39,588 nucleotides of DNA, taken from sequence record SRR31156797_6670; one strand, given 5' to 3'. Every line of letters begins with the position of its first letter. Position 1 is the stretch's first letter. Position numbers and translations under genes: made by a program. Of this stretch, positions 18,082-28,150 are shown one piece after another. The notes under the pieces are model-generated. The model made no database searches, was not told where the DNA came from, and was given only the letters and a program-made list of their open reading frames with translations.

Positions 18082-19710
18082 TCAAGCAAGGTTAATAAAT
18101 TTAGCCATTACCTTCCTCAAGCTCTCCGTATTAAACGGCTTCTTTAATATATCATTGACACCAGCACTAGTTGCAGCGTTATGATCCTGAATGTCGCTCT
18201 GGGTAGTCACCATAACCACCGGTAATTCCTCAACACCATACAGTTGGCGAATCTTTTCGGTAAGCTCAATACCTGAGATATCAGGCATATTCAAATCGGT
18301 GAACACAAAGGCAGGTTTCTCCTTGGCTAGCCATTCCAAGGCTGTTTCTGGAAATTCAAACAATACCGGCTCGCACCCCAATTCATGTAAAGTGGCCTTG
18401 TAAATACTCAAAATCATCCTTGAATCATCAACAGCGCACACCTTGAGTCGAGCGTTCTTTTCACCTCTTACGCCTTCAATCTGATCAGCAAAAGCCCCCA
18501 TACCCTTTTCCCGAAGCAGCGTGGCATAATGATTCCTGATATCTGGATGGGCATGCGGCAAATAGGTCAGTGCAAGCTCCTGAAAAAAATCTTCCGCAGC
18601 CAGGCTTAAAAAAATGTTATCCACTTCGGCATTAACTATAATTTTAACTATATGCCTGGCCTCATCTCCTCCGGTCCGCACAAGATTCTTAATGCCAGCT
18701 GAAAGAATCTCATTAAAATTTTTATCAATCGCCCGCGCCGCAGCAGTGCAGACATGGTCTTCAGTATCTGTAAGTCCTGCCGCCAGGGTATAGGCCCCTT
18801 TACGAAGAGGAAGCAGCGCCAAGGCTTCATAGGCAGCAAATCGTACATTGGCATCATGGGGAACAGTATTCAACAATGTCCTGATAGGCATGACTGCACC
18901 TTCATCCCCTATGTCACCCAATACATTTAGGGTATGAATCAGGAGATCATTGTCCGTCTCTTTCAGATTTTCAATGAGAATCGGTACGGCCTTGGAACCA
19001 ATCTGGGTCAGGGTATCCTTTGCGTATATCCGCATATGTGCGTAATGGGACCGCAGGGTATCATTGAGGATCCTCAACGATACCTTATCTTGCACTTCAG
19101 AAAAAATAGTGAGGATAACCAGGTCCAAATCATTATCAGTCCCCATTCTTTCTGCAAGCCGGTGCATTGCAGTTTGCGTTCCGACCTGCCCCAAGGCATA
19201 AATGGCACTATTTATGAGGTCACGATCTGCGGAGTAAAGAAAATCAGTTAAAGTATTAACCGACTCAGGGTCGCCAATCAGGCCAAGATTTTCAATAATC
19301 AATCGCATGGACTGATTATCATCATTGTGGCCAAGTAACTCTACCAAAACCGGGGAAGCCTGCTCAAATTTGAGCTCTCCAGCGGTTTCAATCATGACCG
19401 TCTTATCCTTGATAGTGGTATCACTAAGTGCCTTCAATAAGACATCGGGATAAGCGATCAAGTTGGAAATCAAAGTCTCCCTGATAACAGGGAGACTAAC
19501 TGCCAAATCTGGATTTTCAACCAACAGGTTATTCAAAAGGGGAACCGTAAAATCAACATCTGCCTTGAAGAGTTCGTAAAGCAACCGGTTCTGTGACTTT
19601 CTGTCAATATCTCCAATATGGGCCAACACCAGACGCGCTTTCATGACATCGCCTGTCTCAATGTTAGCCTGAATCTCTTCAATCATATGGTCAGTATTTA
19701 ATGCCGCCAT
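18082..19710 (-). CDS. HEAT-repeat protein with C-terminal response-regulator receiver domain
   Basis: Repeated helical motifs (ENLGLIGDPESV, YALGQVGT, NVLGDIGDEGAV, VRFAAYEAL), then REC motifs VDDS...TDLNMP...VTT...KPF. Confidence 0.88.
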   Translation of the reverse strand: MAALNTDHMIEEIQANIETGDVMKARLVLAHIGDIDRKSQNRLLYELFKADVDFTVPLLNNLLVENPDLAVSLPVIRETLISNLIAYPDVLLKALSDTTIKDKTVMIETAGELKFEQASPVLVELLGHNDDNQSMRLIIENLGLIGDPESVNTLTDFLYSADRDLINSAIYALGQVGTQTAMHRLAERMGTDNDLDLVILTIFSEVQDKVSLRILNDTLRSHYAHMRIYAKDTLTQIGSKAVPILIENLKETDNDLLIHTLNVLGDIGDEGAVMPIRTLLNTVPHDANVRFAAYEALALLPLRKGAYTLAAGLTDTEDHVCTAAARAIDKNFNEILSAGIKNLVRTGGDEARHIVKIIVNAEVDNIFLSLAAEDFFQELALTYLPHAHPDIRNHYATLLREKGMGAFADQIEGVRGEKNARLKVCAVDDSRMILSIYKATLHELGCEPVLFEFPETALEWLAKEKPAFVFTDLNMPDISGIELTEKIRQLYGVEELPVVMVTTQSDIQDHNAATSAGVNDILKKPFNTESLRKVMAKFINLA

Positions 19711-19776
19711 ATCCCCCCTTCACTGCTTTAGGCAGTAAACCAATAGGTTGTATTAACAATAATATAATTAAAAATT

Positions 19777-21504
19777 CTATTTTAAATCCAAATCTACGTC
19801 AAGACGATTAACCACGTTTAGGCCGCCACCGACCACCAAATTATTAGTTTTACCGATTGATTCAAGAAAAACCTGCACTTCATAGGAACGAGTGCCTGCG
19901 TTACATACAATAATGCAGGTCTTATCATCAGGCACCTCTTGGTGCCGCGCTCTCATCTCTTCATATTGAACGAAAAGCCATTTATCAGCTCCATATTTTT
20001 CAACATAGGGTTCTGCCTCGGCAGGATGGCGGATATCAAGAGCTACCCAGTCTGGTTCCCTTGTCATATCTTCCAACCAGGTGAGGAAACGATCCAGCTC
20101 GATCTGCCTGAAGCGCCCGTCACATATATTCTCTGCAGTATAAGCAACAGCATTGATAGAATCAATGGCAGAGGAAAAAGGCGGAGCATAAGCCATTTCT
20201 ACATTGGAAAAATCCTCTATGGTTGCCCCCTGAGCAATCAGCGCAGCAGCAGTATCAATCCGTGCAGAGAGAGAATCATTCATCACACCAAAACCCTGTA
20301 CCCCTAAAACCCGCCGCGTTCTTTTATCAAAAACCATTTGCAGAATAACTACCGCCTGGTTAGGAAAAAAATGCGCTCGGTCCGAAGGAGAGGTTATCGC
20401 ATATCCCGCGTCAAATCCTTCTGCCACGGCAGCTTCATAACTAATTCCGGTGGATGCTATACATCGTTCAAAAGCCTTCATTATAAAAGACCCGCATACT
20501 CCTTTAAATGGGGTCGGTATTCCAGCCATGTTGTCTGCAACGGCACGTCCCTCTCGGTTAGCCAGTGATCCAAGCGGTGCAAATGTTTCACGGCCCGTCA
20601 CCTGGCTAACACTGGCAATACAATCACCTGCCGCATAGATATCAGGATCTGTTGTCTGCATCCGTTGATTTACTTTTATACCACCCCAGGGAGCTACCTC
20701 AAGGCCGGCTTCACGGGCCAGTTCACTTCGTGGGCGTACGCCAACGGCAATAATAACCAGATCGGCATCCAAGGTACGCATGCCGGTCTTCACAGCAGTC
20801 ACTTTGCCGTCATCGTTCCCGATAATCTCAGTAGCTGACTCTCCCGTATAAATATTTACCCCGTTTTCAATCAAATGCTTTTTGAGCATGCTTGCCATAG
20901 GCCAATCAACAATACAAGGTAACAGCTGTGGTTCCAGTTCTATCAGGGAGGTCTCCACTCCCCAGAGATCTTTTAGTGCCTCAGCCATTTCAATGCCAAT
21001 TGCTCCTCCGCCAATGACCACCGCCTTGCCAACCTGCCCCTGGGCAATCCTTTTCCTGATTTCAACGGCCTTATGAAGATTGGCAATAGTAAACACGCCG
21101 TCCAGATCAGCACCAGGAATAGGCAAAGCAAAAGGTTTGGCCCCCGTGGCAAGCATCATTTTATCATAGGGCACTTCTTTTTTTTCACCGCTATCCAGAT
21201 TTTCTACTTTGACCACCTTTCGTTCCCGATCTATGGCCGTTGCTCTGGTACGAGTTTGAACATTCACCCCTTTTGCCCCTTCAAAAAACTTTTCATCACG
21301 GACAACATGAAAACTGGTAGCGCGCAACTCACTTTCATCGGAAACATCACCGCTTACATAATAGGGGATGCCGCATCCACCGTAGGATATAAGACTATCC
21401 TGGTCTAACAAGGTGATGTTCCAACCAGGTTTCAAACGTTTCAAGCGACATGCCGCTTTAGGACCAGCTGCAACAGCACCTACAATAACTATCTCTTTTT
21501 CCAC
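19777..21504 (-). CDS. FAD-dependent CoA-disulfide/persulfide reductase with fused rhodanese domain (CoADR-RHD / Npsr-like)
   Basis: FAD motif IVGAVAAG, redox Cys in SYGGCGIPY, NAD motif VIGGGAIGIEMAE, IYAAGDC, AYAPPFS, rhodanese LDIR...CNAGTRS. Start moved to GTG at 21504, which follows an AAGGAG RBS. Confidence 0.88.
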   Translation of the reverse strand: MEKEIVIVGAVAAGPKAACRLKRLKPGWNITLLDQDSLISYGGCGIPYYVSGDVSDESELRATSFHVVRDEKFFEGAKGVNVQTRTRATAIDRERKVVKVENLDSGEKKEVPYDKMMLATGAKPFALPIPGADLDGVFTIANLHKAVEIRKRIAQGQVGKAVVIGGGAIGIEMAEALKDLWGVETSLIELEPQLLPCIVDWPMASMLKKHLIENGVNIYTGESATEIIGNDDGKVTAVKTGMRTLDADLVIIAVGVRPRSELAREAGLEVAPWGGIKVNQRMQTTDPDIYAAGDCIASVSQVTGRETFAPLGSLANREGRAVADNMAGIPTPFKGVCGSFIMKAFERCIASTGISYEAAVAEGFDAGYAITSPSDRAHFFPNQAVVILQMVFDKRTRRVLGVQGFGVMNDSLSARIDTAAALIAQGATIEDFSNVEMAYAPPFSSAIDSINAVAYTAENICDGRFRQIELDRFLTWLEDMTREPDWVALDIRHPAEAEPYVEKYGADKWLFVQYEEMRARHQEVPDDKTCIIVCNAGTRSYEVQVFLESIGKTNNLVVGGGLNVVNRLDVDLDLK

Positions 21505-21813
21505 AACTTTTCTCCTTATATTACCAATGACTCCTCCCAGAACCGACGTGTAATCCAGCACCCCGGGTGCAATTACCTTAAGTCGGTGTCCAATAGCAAA
21601 TTCATATTTTACATAAGGACTGCGAGAGAAGATATAAACGCTCTACAATACAGCAAGCAGACATTTCAAAAATGTCTCTGTCTACTTATCCTGATGGCGA
21701 TCCATCTAAATATTGTTTTTCCCTATAGCTGCCATCCAACAGATAAGCGCAGAACAGGTCACAGGAATGTATCTCCTGCAATAGTCCAATCTTAAATAAA
21801 TTATTCATGCACC

Positions 21814-24800
21814 TCAGTTCCCGAAAACATTCTCCAAAAAGCCTGGAATAACTTTTTGCAATTGTTTTTCCACCGCACTGGCAGCTGCCTGCTTGATAAT
21901 TTCGGCAACGGCTTGCTGAAGATTTTCTCTACTGAACAATGGCTCATCAACTGAGCCTTTAATAGGAATATCAATGGTTGTACCTTCTAGAAGGCGGTAC
22001 CCTTCCTTGCCTACCAGGTCCCTGGTAACAGGAATAGCTAACAGGTAGTCCAGCGTTCCATCATATCCCACAGATCCATGCAGCGTCATCTCCGACTCCG
22101 CAGCCAAAATGTGTACAGGCGAACAGCTCACTCGACCATGCTTCCCTTCACAGCTAATCTCTGCATCCTGCAAGTCCAGCGAATCTCCGGAAATATTTAC
22201 CAGCTCTAATATTTGACGAAGAAATACATTACTTTCAAGCTGTACCTGCTTAACATCAATGACTGTTTCAAAACGTGTTTTCTCGAACTCACCAACCGGT
22301 ACGAAGAGTGAATCAGCACGCATACTGATCTCACCTTTGGGGCGAACCAGAACACCAAACAAAGGGTGCAGTTTCGCCAGCACATTTTTCACCAACGGCT
22401 CCTCAAGGCGAACTGCCGAAAGAACTCGCTCTGGTTTCTGCAGGGTCAGAGAAGGTGTACCTCCAGTCCCGTCATAAAACGGGGAGAACGATACCGTTCC
22501 CTCGTTCAGATTCCCTGCGGCAGCGAGCCCACCCTTCCCTTTCTCAATGGAGCTGGAAAGAGCAAGATCACTAATATCGATACCCTGATACTGAATCCTT
22601 TCAATGCCGCCGTTATAGGTGAAAGCCAGGGGATCCACTTTTCCCTCTTTTTCTCCGACAGGAAATCTCGCAGAGACATGCTGCGGGTTGCGTCCAGTTA
22701 GTTCAAACTGTTTTCCGGTAAGAACTTCAAGCATTGCTGCCAAATGAGGAAAATCAGGAACAGCCTTTCCGTCAATGGTAATTTTAGCGGCATCGCCGCC
22801 GCTAAAGGCTCCCTCTCCATCCCAGGACAACACCTGTGTCTCCAGCAAGACGTGTGGAAATGTCACGGCTTTCGTTCCAGTTGCATGATGAAGTTCTACC
22901 TTTGCATTCAGCTCCTGATTTTCTAAAACTATTTTCTCATCACCGAAATACGCCAACTCCTTACCTTGGAGTTGCAAGTCTGCCTTAATTTGCTTTTCAC
23001 GCCCAGACACTTTTCCGGACACCAGCGCCTCGCCCCTTCCATTGACGTTCTCCGGCAAACGATCCGTCTGATGCATGCCTTCTACTAAATTTTCCACAGT
23101 AAAACCGGCAGAGAAATCCAAGGTGAAATTACTGAGAAATGATTGCCAGTCCGCAACATACAGAGCGGCGGAACTTACCGAAAACAGGCCTGTATCAAGA
23201 AACAGATACGGAAGCACCACTTCTCTCCGTGCCAGATTAATGGTTGCCCATTCTTTCTTTTCAGACAGCTCGTACTCCTTCCACTGATTACGAACCACTA
23301 AGGGATGCACATTCACGGGATTAACTGAGAGTTCTGGTGCTTTGCCTAGCAAAGCAAGCCGCACCTGCTGATCTTCATAGCCGAGATCCAGATATTGCAC
23401 CTCAAAATCACGAATATCAAAATCAAATTGACCGATTTTAAGTAATTGCGGCTCTGTTTTACCGGAAGCTTTTACCGAGGCTGCACCTTTTACAAAGAGT
23501 GGCTCCTTATCAGGTTGCATACGGTTAACAAAATTTACCAACGGCTCCAGAGCCAAGGCAGCCTCGACGGCATACCCGCCGTTAAGCCAGTTCCTGGCGC
23601 TCCCTTTGTCCTCTCGCTTCATGTCAAACAACTGAACCCGTCCTTCCCCCAACCAACTCTCCGTTGAGACATCCAAATCCAGTGTCCCACTCCCAGCAAA
23701 CCAAGAGCGTGGCGCTATTCCTTTTACTGAAAGCTGAAGCGAATGGTCAGGAACAAAATTTCCGTCAGCGTCATCCACGGCAAAGTTTTGAATATTCAGG
23801 GTAGTATCAACCTGGTACTGTTGATTCTGTAATACCATTGAAGAGCTGTTAAACTTCGCTTTCCCCCTGGCCTTGTACCGGGTATCCACGAAGGTACCCA
23901 TTGCCGTAGATGCTCTCTCCAAATCAGCTGTCCCCTGGAGCGAAAAATTATCCAGACTCCCACTGCCTTTCAGTGCCATAAAATCGGTGGCAACCTGCAC
24001 CTTTTGAAAAAAGAGGTTCCCTTGATCTTGGGACAGTTCCACAGAAAGCGAAAAAGGATCATCCCAGAGAATCAACTGCTTTTTAAATTTTCCCTGGAGA
24101 ACGCTACTCCGGGCATTGGCATGCAACTTGTTCACACCGCCGACCTGTTCCATCACGAGATCAAAATCCAGTTCTCCTTCAGTGACACTGGCACCGTCCT
24201 TCACCTTAAGGGTATGGGGAAACAGAGTGAACAAGTCAGGCAGCTGCAATTTTCCTGACGCCTGAACCTGCCCGTCGCTATTAAGCAAGGTACCACTGCT
24301 CTTAACACTCAACAGCTCTGAATTAAGGATAAACGTCCTGAGTACCCACTCGTTTTCAGACTTTCGTGCCCCATCAATGACAAGCTCAAGTTGTTTAAAT
24401 ACCGGACGATCAACAGCCAAAAAACCACCGGTCAAAGCCAAATCATCTATAGTACTACTCCCCTGCACAAGAATATTATTAAGACCTGCAGTTTTCACCA
24501 GCCACTTGCCGTTAAGCAAACCGCTCCCTGTAGGGATCTGCCCACCAGAAGGCTGCCGGGCCGCTAGCGCCTGCAGAAATCCTGTCAAATCCAGCTGGGT
24601 AATATCTAGTTCTGTAGAAGAAATAAGAACAGGTAAAAGCGGTTGGTTATATATGGGCAGATTAAAAAAACCTTTGGCTGCCATGCGGCCATTTCGTGCA
24701 CCCGACTGCAGCTGAAATTCATAATGCACCGTCCCGTCACTGAGGCGCGCCTTAATATTAATTTCTTCGGCCAGTGTCTCAAGACCCGATCCAGCCAAAG

Positions 24801-25338
24801 GGAAAATAACTTTTCCTTTGGTTGCATGAAGACTGGCAATTAAACCTTCCCAAAAAGGTTTTCCTTCACGGCTAATGACCGCTTCATCCCCAGTGTTCAG
24901 GTCTTGCTCTTCCGGTGCCTGCTCTTTCCCTAGTGTGTGATCTTGTCCTGTCGACTCAGTTTCGCTTTGCGCGGGGCGGGTTTTCGGTGAGACAGGAATA
25001 CGTATGACTGGGGAGTCTATGTACAACTCGCCAACATTACGCGGAGCAATCAATAGCTTAAACAGACTCCGGTCGATGGCAATTTGCTGTGCAAAAAAGA
25101 GCGTCTGGCCATCAGAGGCATTAAACTGCACCTCCTCACATGAAAGCCCTTTAGTCCACCCACCGGCACAGGATGTGATTGCGAGCTCACCGTTAATTAC
25201 CCTATTCACTCGCGGCAGAATAAGAGCAAGCCCGATATTTGAAAAAAGAAACGCTGGGAGAATAACTACAGTAATCAGTAGAACCACCAAGCAAGAAGAT
25301 AATATCCACTTCCATTTTGTTTCTCTACTCTTTCCCAT
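21814..25338 (-). CDS. Large AsmA-like beta-rich envelope protein (about 1174 aa)
   Basis: Single N-terminal TM helix, beta-strand-rich repeats, C-terminal GSVGYDGTLDY...IPIKGSVDEP followed by amphipathic helices, as in AsmA-like C-termini. ATG at 25338 has a GAGGAG RBS. Confidence 0.7.
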   Translation of the reverse strand: MGKSRETKWKWILSSCLVVLLITVVILPAFLFSNIGLALILPRVNRVINGELAITSCAGGWTKGLSCEEVQFNASDGQTLFFAQQIAIDRSLFKLLIAPRNVGELYIDSPVIRIPVSPKTRPAQSETESTGQDHTLGKEQAPEEQDLNTGDEAVISREGKPFWEGLIASLHATKGKVIFPLAGSGLETLAEEINIKARLSDGTVHYEFQLQSGARNGRMAAKGFFNLPIYNQPLLPVLISSTELDITQLDLTGFLQALAARQPSGGQIPTGSGLLNGKWLVKTAGLNNILVQGSSTIDDLALTGGFLAVDRPVFKQLELVIDGARKSENEWVLRTFILNSELLSVKSSGTLLNSDGQVQASGKLQLPDLFTLFPHTLKVKDGASVTEGELDFDLVMEQVGGVNKLHANARSSVLQGKFKKQLILWDDPFSLSVELSQDQGNLFFQKVQVATDFMALKGSGSLDNFSLQGTADLERASTAMGTFVDTRYKARGKAKFNSSSMVLQNQQYQVDTTLNIQNFAVDDADGNFVPDHSLQLSVKGIAPRSWFAGSGTLDLDVSTESWLGEGRVQLFDMKREDKGSARNWLNGGYAVEAALALEPLVNFVNRMQPDKEPLFVKGAASVKASGKTEPQLLKIGQFDFDIRDFEVQYLDLGYEDQQVRLALLGKAPELSVNPVNVHPLVVRNQWKEYELSEKKEWATINLARREVVLPYLFLDTGLFSVSSAALYVADWQSFLSNFTLDFSAGFTVENLVEGMHQTDRLPENVNGRGEALVSGKVSGREKQIKADLQLQGKELAYFGDEKIVLENQELNAKVELHHATGTKAVTFPHVLLETQVLSWDGEGAFSGGDAAKITIDGKAVPDFPHLAAMLEVLTGKQFELTGRNPQHVSARFPVGEKEGKVDPLAFTYNGGIERIQYQGIDISDLALSSSIEKGKGGLAAAGNLNEGTVSFSPFYDGTGGTPSLTLQKPERVLSAVRLEEPLVKNVLAKLHPLFGVLVRPKGEISMRADSLFVPVGEFEKTRFETVIDVKQVQLESNVFLRQILELVNISGDSLDLQDAEISCEGKHGRVSCSPVHILAAESEMTLHGSVGYDGTLDYLLAIPVTRDLVGKEGYRLLEGTTIDIPIKGSVDEPLFSRENLQQAVAEIIKQAAASAVEKQLQKVIPGFLENVFGN

Positions 25339-25943
25339 AACGTCTCTCCTCTTTGCCAATCTTCATTGATAATGACATCAGCACCTTGCCTCGAAACCAG
25401 GAGGTTGTCAATGGTGTTTTTTGGTTGACCAGCAGGAAAACTTTGCCTTGTAAATTGTCGAACCAGGCAAAACTTGAGAGTGAAAATTTGGCCTACCTTT
25501 ATGATTACCAATCTCAATATTGGTCAAGCATTAGCTGATTCGCGCAGTCAACCTAACAACCACCCACAAAGATATATTTTTGGGGCCTAACTGAAATGTA
25601 AGCTCCTTTTTCGTTGAAGCTATAGTTGATATCGTCCCCCACTGTTACTGAATGCAAAAAGAAGCTTACCAGCAAAAGAATGAAGAAGAGATACCGCATG
25701 GGCTGACCTTCGGGCGAGGCCAATCTGGAGAAAATGAACCGCTTAACGCATCCCCTTGTTTATATCCATTTGGACTTTCTCTGGGGTAGGATGGCCTCTT
25801 TTCAATCTGCTTTTCCCAAGCTTCGATAAAAAAAAACTTCTGTTTCTCGTATAACACTTGAAAACACCCCCGCAAGCGCATTACAACATACCATCCTAAG
25901 GTGATTGATACGTAATTTCAGCGATGATAAGTAACTTTGAATT

Positions 25944-26068
25944 GTAACTATTCAGCAGTGTCCCGAGTGCGTACAAGCAGGTTGGTCCATAATTGTAATG
26001 CTTTGTTTTCCTGCCTGATCGTGCGCAAAGGTAAAGGCAGTATCAGTAGGGTACTGTTAAATAGTTAC
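25944..26068 (+). repeat. 125-bp structured intergenic repeat, copy B
   Basis: Same length and orientation as 15247-15371; termini GTAACTATTCAGCAGTGTCC / GGGTACTGTTAAATAGTTAC; flanked by ATT on both sides. Confidence 0.88.
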
Positions 26069-26093
26069 ATTGAAAAAATTGAGGAGTCCCAAA

Positions 26094-26483
26094 ATGAATA
26101 GCAGTTGTGATTTTGCAGTGCCTTCAGCAAAAGAATATACCAAGACTTTAAAAAAATTAAAAAAAACATTCAGTGACGAGCAACTGCAAATGCTTGAATC
26201 CCACCTCCGGTCGGCCAACCAATCAGCTTCCTTTACCCAACTTGCAAATGCTGCAGGAACCGATAACTATCAGGTGGCTATCGATGAATACGAAAAACTT
26301 GGCCGCTTGCTTGGTGACGCATTGAATATGGCCTACCTGGAAAGCGTTGCCAAGCCGGGCGAACCGTTTTACTGCAGCGCTCTTGGCTCTGGTAATCCCT
26401 ACCGAGCTGAGGATGAAAATTACCAGCTTGTCATGCACCGTGAGCTGGTGGAAGCATTTAGGGTTTTAAAGTGGTTCAAGTAA
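26094..26483 (+). CDS. Hypothetical protein (129 aa), possible winged-helix-like domain
   Basis: ATG at 26094 has a GAGGAG RBS. QMLESH...ASFTQLANAAG...YEKLGRLLG...MHRELVEAFRVLKW has an HTH-like pattern. Confidence 0.72.
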   Translation: MNSSCDFAVPSAKEYTKTLKKLKKTFSDEQLQMLESHLRSANQSASFTQLANAAGTDNYQVAIDEYEKLGRLLGDALNMAYLESVAKPGEPFYCSALGSGNPYRAEDENYQLVMHRELVEAFRVLKWFK

Positions 26484-26511
26484 TAACACAATGATAAGCA
26501 TGGTAAGAGCG

Positions 26512-26543
26512 AGGTCCCTGTTGCACTCTACTCAGGGACCTTT
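26512..26543 (+). terminator. Hairpin, possible terminator
   Basis: AGGTCCCTG-12 nt-CAGGGACCT followed by TT, 28 bp after the stop codon; the U-tract is short. Confidence 0.45.
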
Positions 26544-26866
26544 GAGTACGCCTACCATCTTTCAGTTCCAATAATTTCATTCACATTCATGCCGCTTTTC
26601 TTCTCTTCTTCGCTCAGGAGTTCAAAAGTTTTTTTTGCACTACTACTCTCAATCGAACAAATATACTCTCTGCCATCTTTATCATTAAGCCATGCCATTG
26701 ATTCGTATCCGCTTTTCATTGTATAACCTCGTTTATCCTTTTTGGGTCATCATATGATACCTGTCTTGCACCTTGTACTTAAAAAATTAACAACAAACAG
26801 GATTGACACAACGGGGCAAAATAAGCAGTTTATTGATAGCTATAACTACCATCACGAGGAACAAAG

Positions 26867-27736
26867 ATGCTTGATCCTACGCTCTACCAAGTTATCATAA
26901 ATTCGATGTCAGCCCATGTTGCTATTCTTGACGAACATGGCATCATCATTGAGTCAAATAGATCCTGGCAAAATTTTGGACGTAAAAACGGCATGCAAGA
27001 ACCATATGACAGCATCGGGGTTAACTACCTTGAGGTATGTGGAAACACTACAGGTCCTAATGGAGAAGAGAGTGGTAAGATCGCAGAAGGTATTCACAAA
27101 GTGCTGCGAGGAGATCTTTCCGAATTTTTAAGCCACTACCCTTGCCATGCTCCCGCTAAAAAGCGGTGGTTCGCAGTACGGGTGGTTCCCTTTGAGGACA
27201 ACAATAAAAAATACGCTATTGTTACCCATGAAAACATAACTCCCATAATCGAAATACAAGAGGAACTGGAAGCAAAAGAGGCAGAATTACGTAGTGAGCG
27301 AGAACGCCTTGAAGAAACGAATATTGCGTTACGCGTGCTATTGCGGCAGCGCGACGAGGACAAAACACGAATTGAAGAAACCATCTATGTCAATGTGGAC
27401 CGCCTTGTCCTCCCCTATATCGAGCAAATGCTGCAAGGAACACTTTCCGATAAACAGCGCACCTTAACCGAGGTCGTCGATACTAACCTCAGAGACATCA
27501 TCTCCCCATTTCTGCAGAACCTTTCTGCATTGAACATGCTGCTCACTCCACAGGAGATTGAAGTATCTAACATGGTACGCAGCGGCAGGACGAGTAAAGA
27601 AATCGCAGAGGTGCTAGGTATTTCAACCAGTGGTGTTGATTTTCATCGTAAAAAGCTTCGCCAAAAACTCGGCTTGACCAACAGTTCCAAAAATCTCCGG
27701 TCCTACCTACTCGCGTTAGAAAAAGATCGTTCATGA
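26867..27736 (+). CDS. PAS-domain LuxR-family transcriptional regulator
   Basis: PAS-like VAILDEHGIIIESNRSW...GVNYLEVC, a coiled coil, then LuxR HTH LTPQEIEV...GRTSKEIAEVLGIS..VDFHRKKLRQKLG; GAGGA RBS. Confidence 0.92.
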   Translation: MLDPTLYQVIINSMSAHVAILDEHGIIIESNRSWQNFGRKNGMQEPYDSIGVNYLEVCGNTTGPNGEESGKIAEGIHKVLRGDLSEFLSHYPCHAPAKKRWFAVRVVPFEDNNKKYAIVTHENITPIIEIQEELEAKEAELRSERERLEETNIALRVLLRQRDEDKTRIEETIYVNVDRLVLPYIEQMLQGTLSDKQRTLTEVVDTNLRDIISPFLQNLSALNMLLTPQEIEVSNMVRSGRTSKEIAEVLGISTSGVDFHRKKLRQKLGLTNSSKNLRSYLLALEKDRS

Positions 27737-28150
27737 TTATAATCATTTCTTTTAGCCCTTTTTTTCAGTCAAAAAGATTAAATGATATTGGTCGAGGATG
27801 ATACCTCGATTCGCTTGATCGACACCTGATGTGGACATACAATACAGGAAATGTTAGGTTTCACATCTTTTGGTCCAGTGCGCTAGCGACCAGTTCTGTA
27901 TAACGGTCTGTCCCTTGCTTTCTATGCAGCGGCTCCAACTACTACTCCAGGGGACATCAACACTGACAACAGCGTCAATAAATGTTGCTGATTTGATGAT
28001 GTAATTCCTGAAACTCACCTCTCCCAAATCGATATTTATCTTCTGTAAAATTTGGATCTTTACGAAATAATCTGTAAAATGAGGAATGAGAACAGCAGCT
28101 TCAGGAGGTAGGGAATAATTAGAAAAGAGCATTTAAAATTTCTATTAACC

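Noticed and set aside
25553-25881. Minus-strand ORFs 25666..25881 and a 48-aa signal-peptide-like ORF 25553..25699 (MRYLFFILLLVSFF...)
   Set aside because: No clear RBS or recognisable homology; cannot be told from chance ORFs without a search.
27854-28132. 92-aa minus-strand ORF next to the tRNA fragment as an integrase remnant
   Set aside because: No tyrosine- or serine-recombinase motifs are visible.
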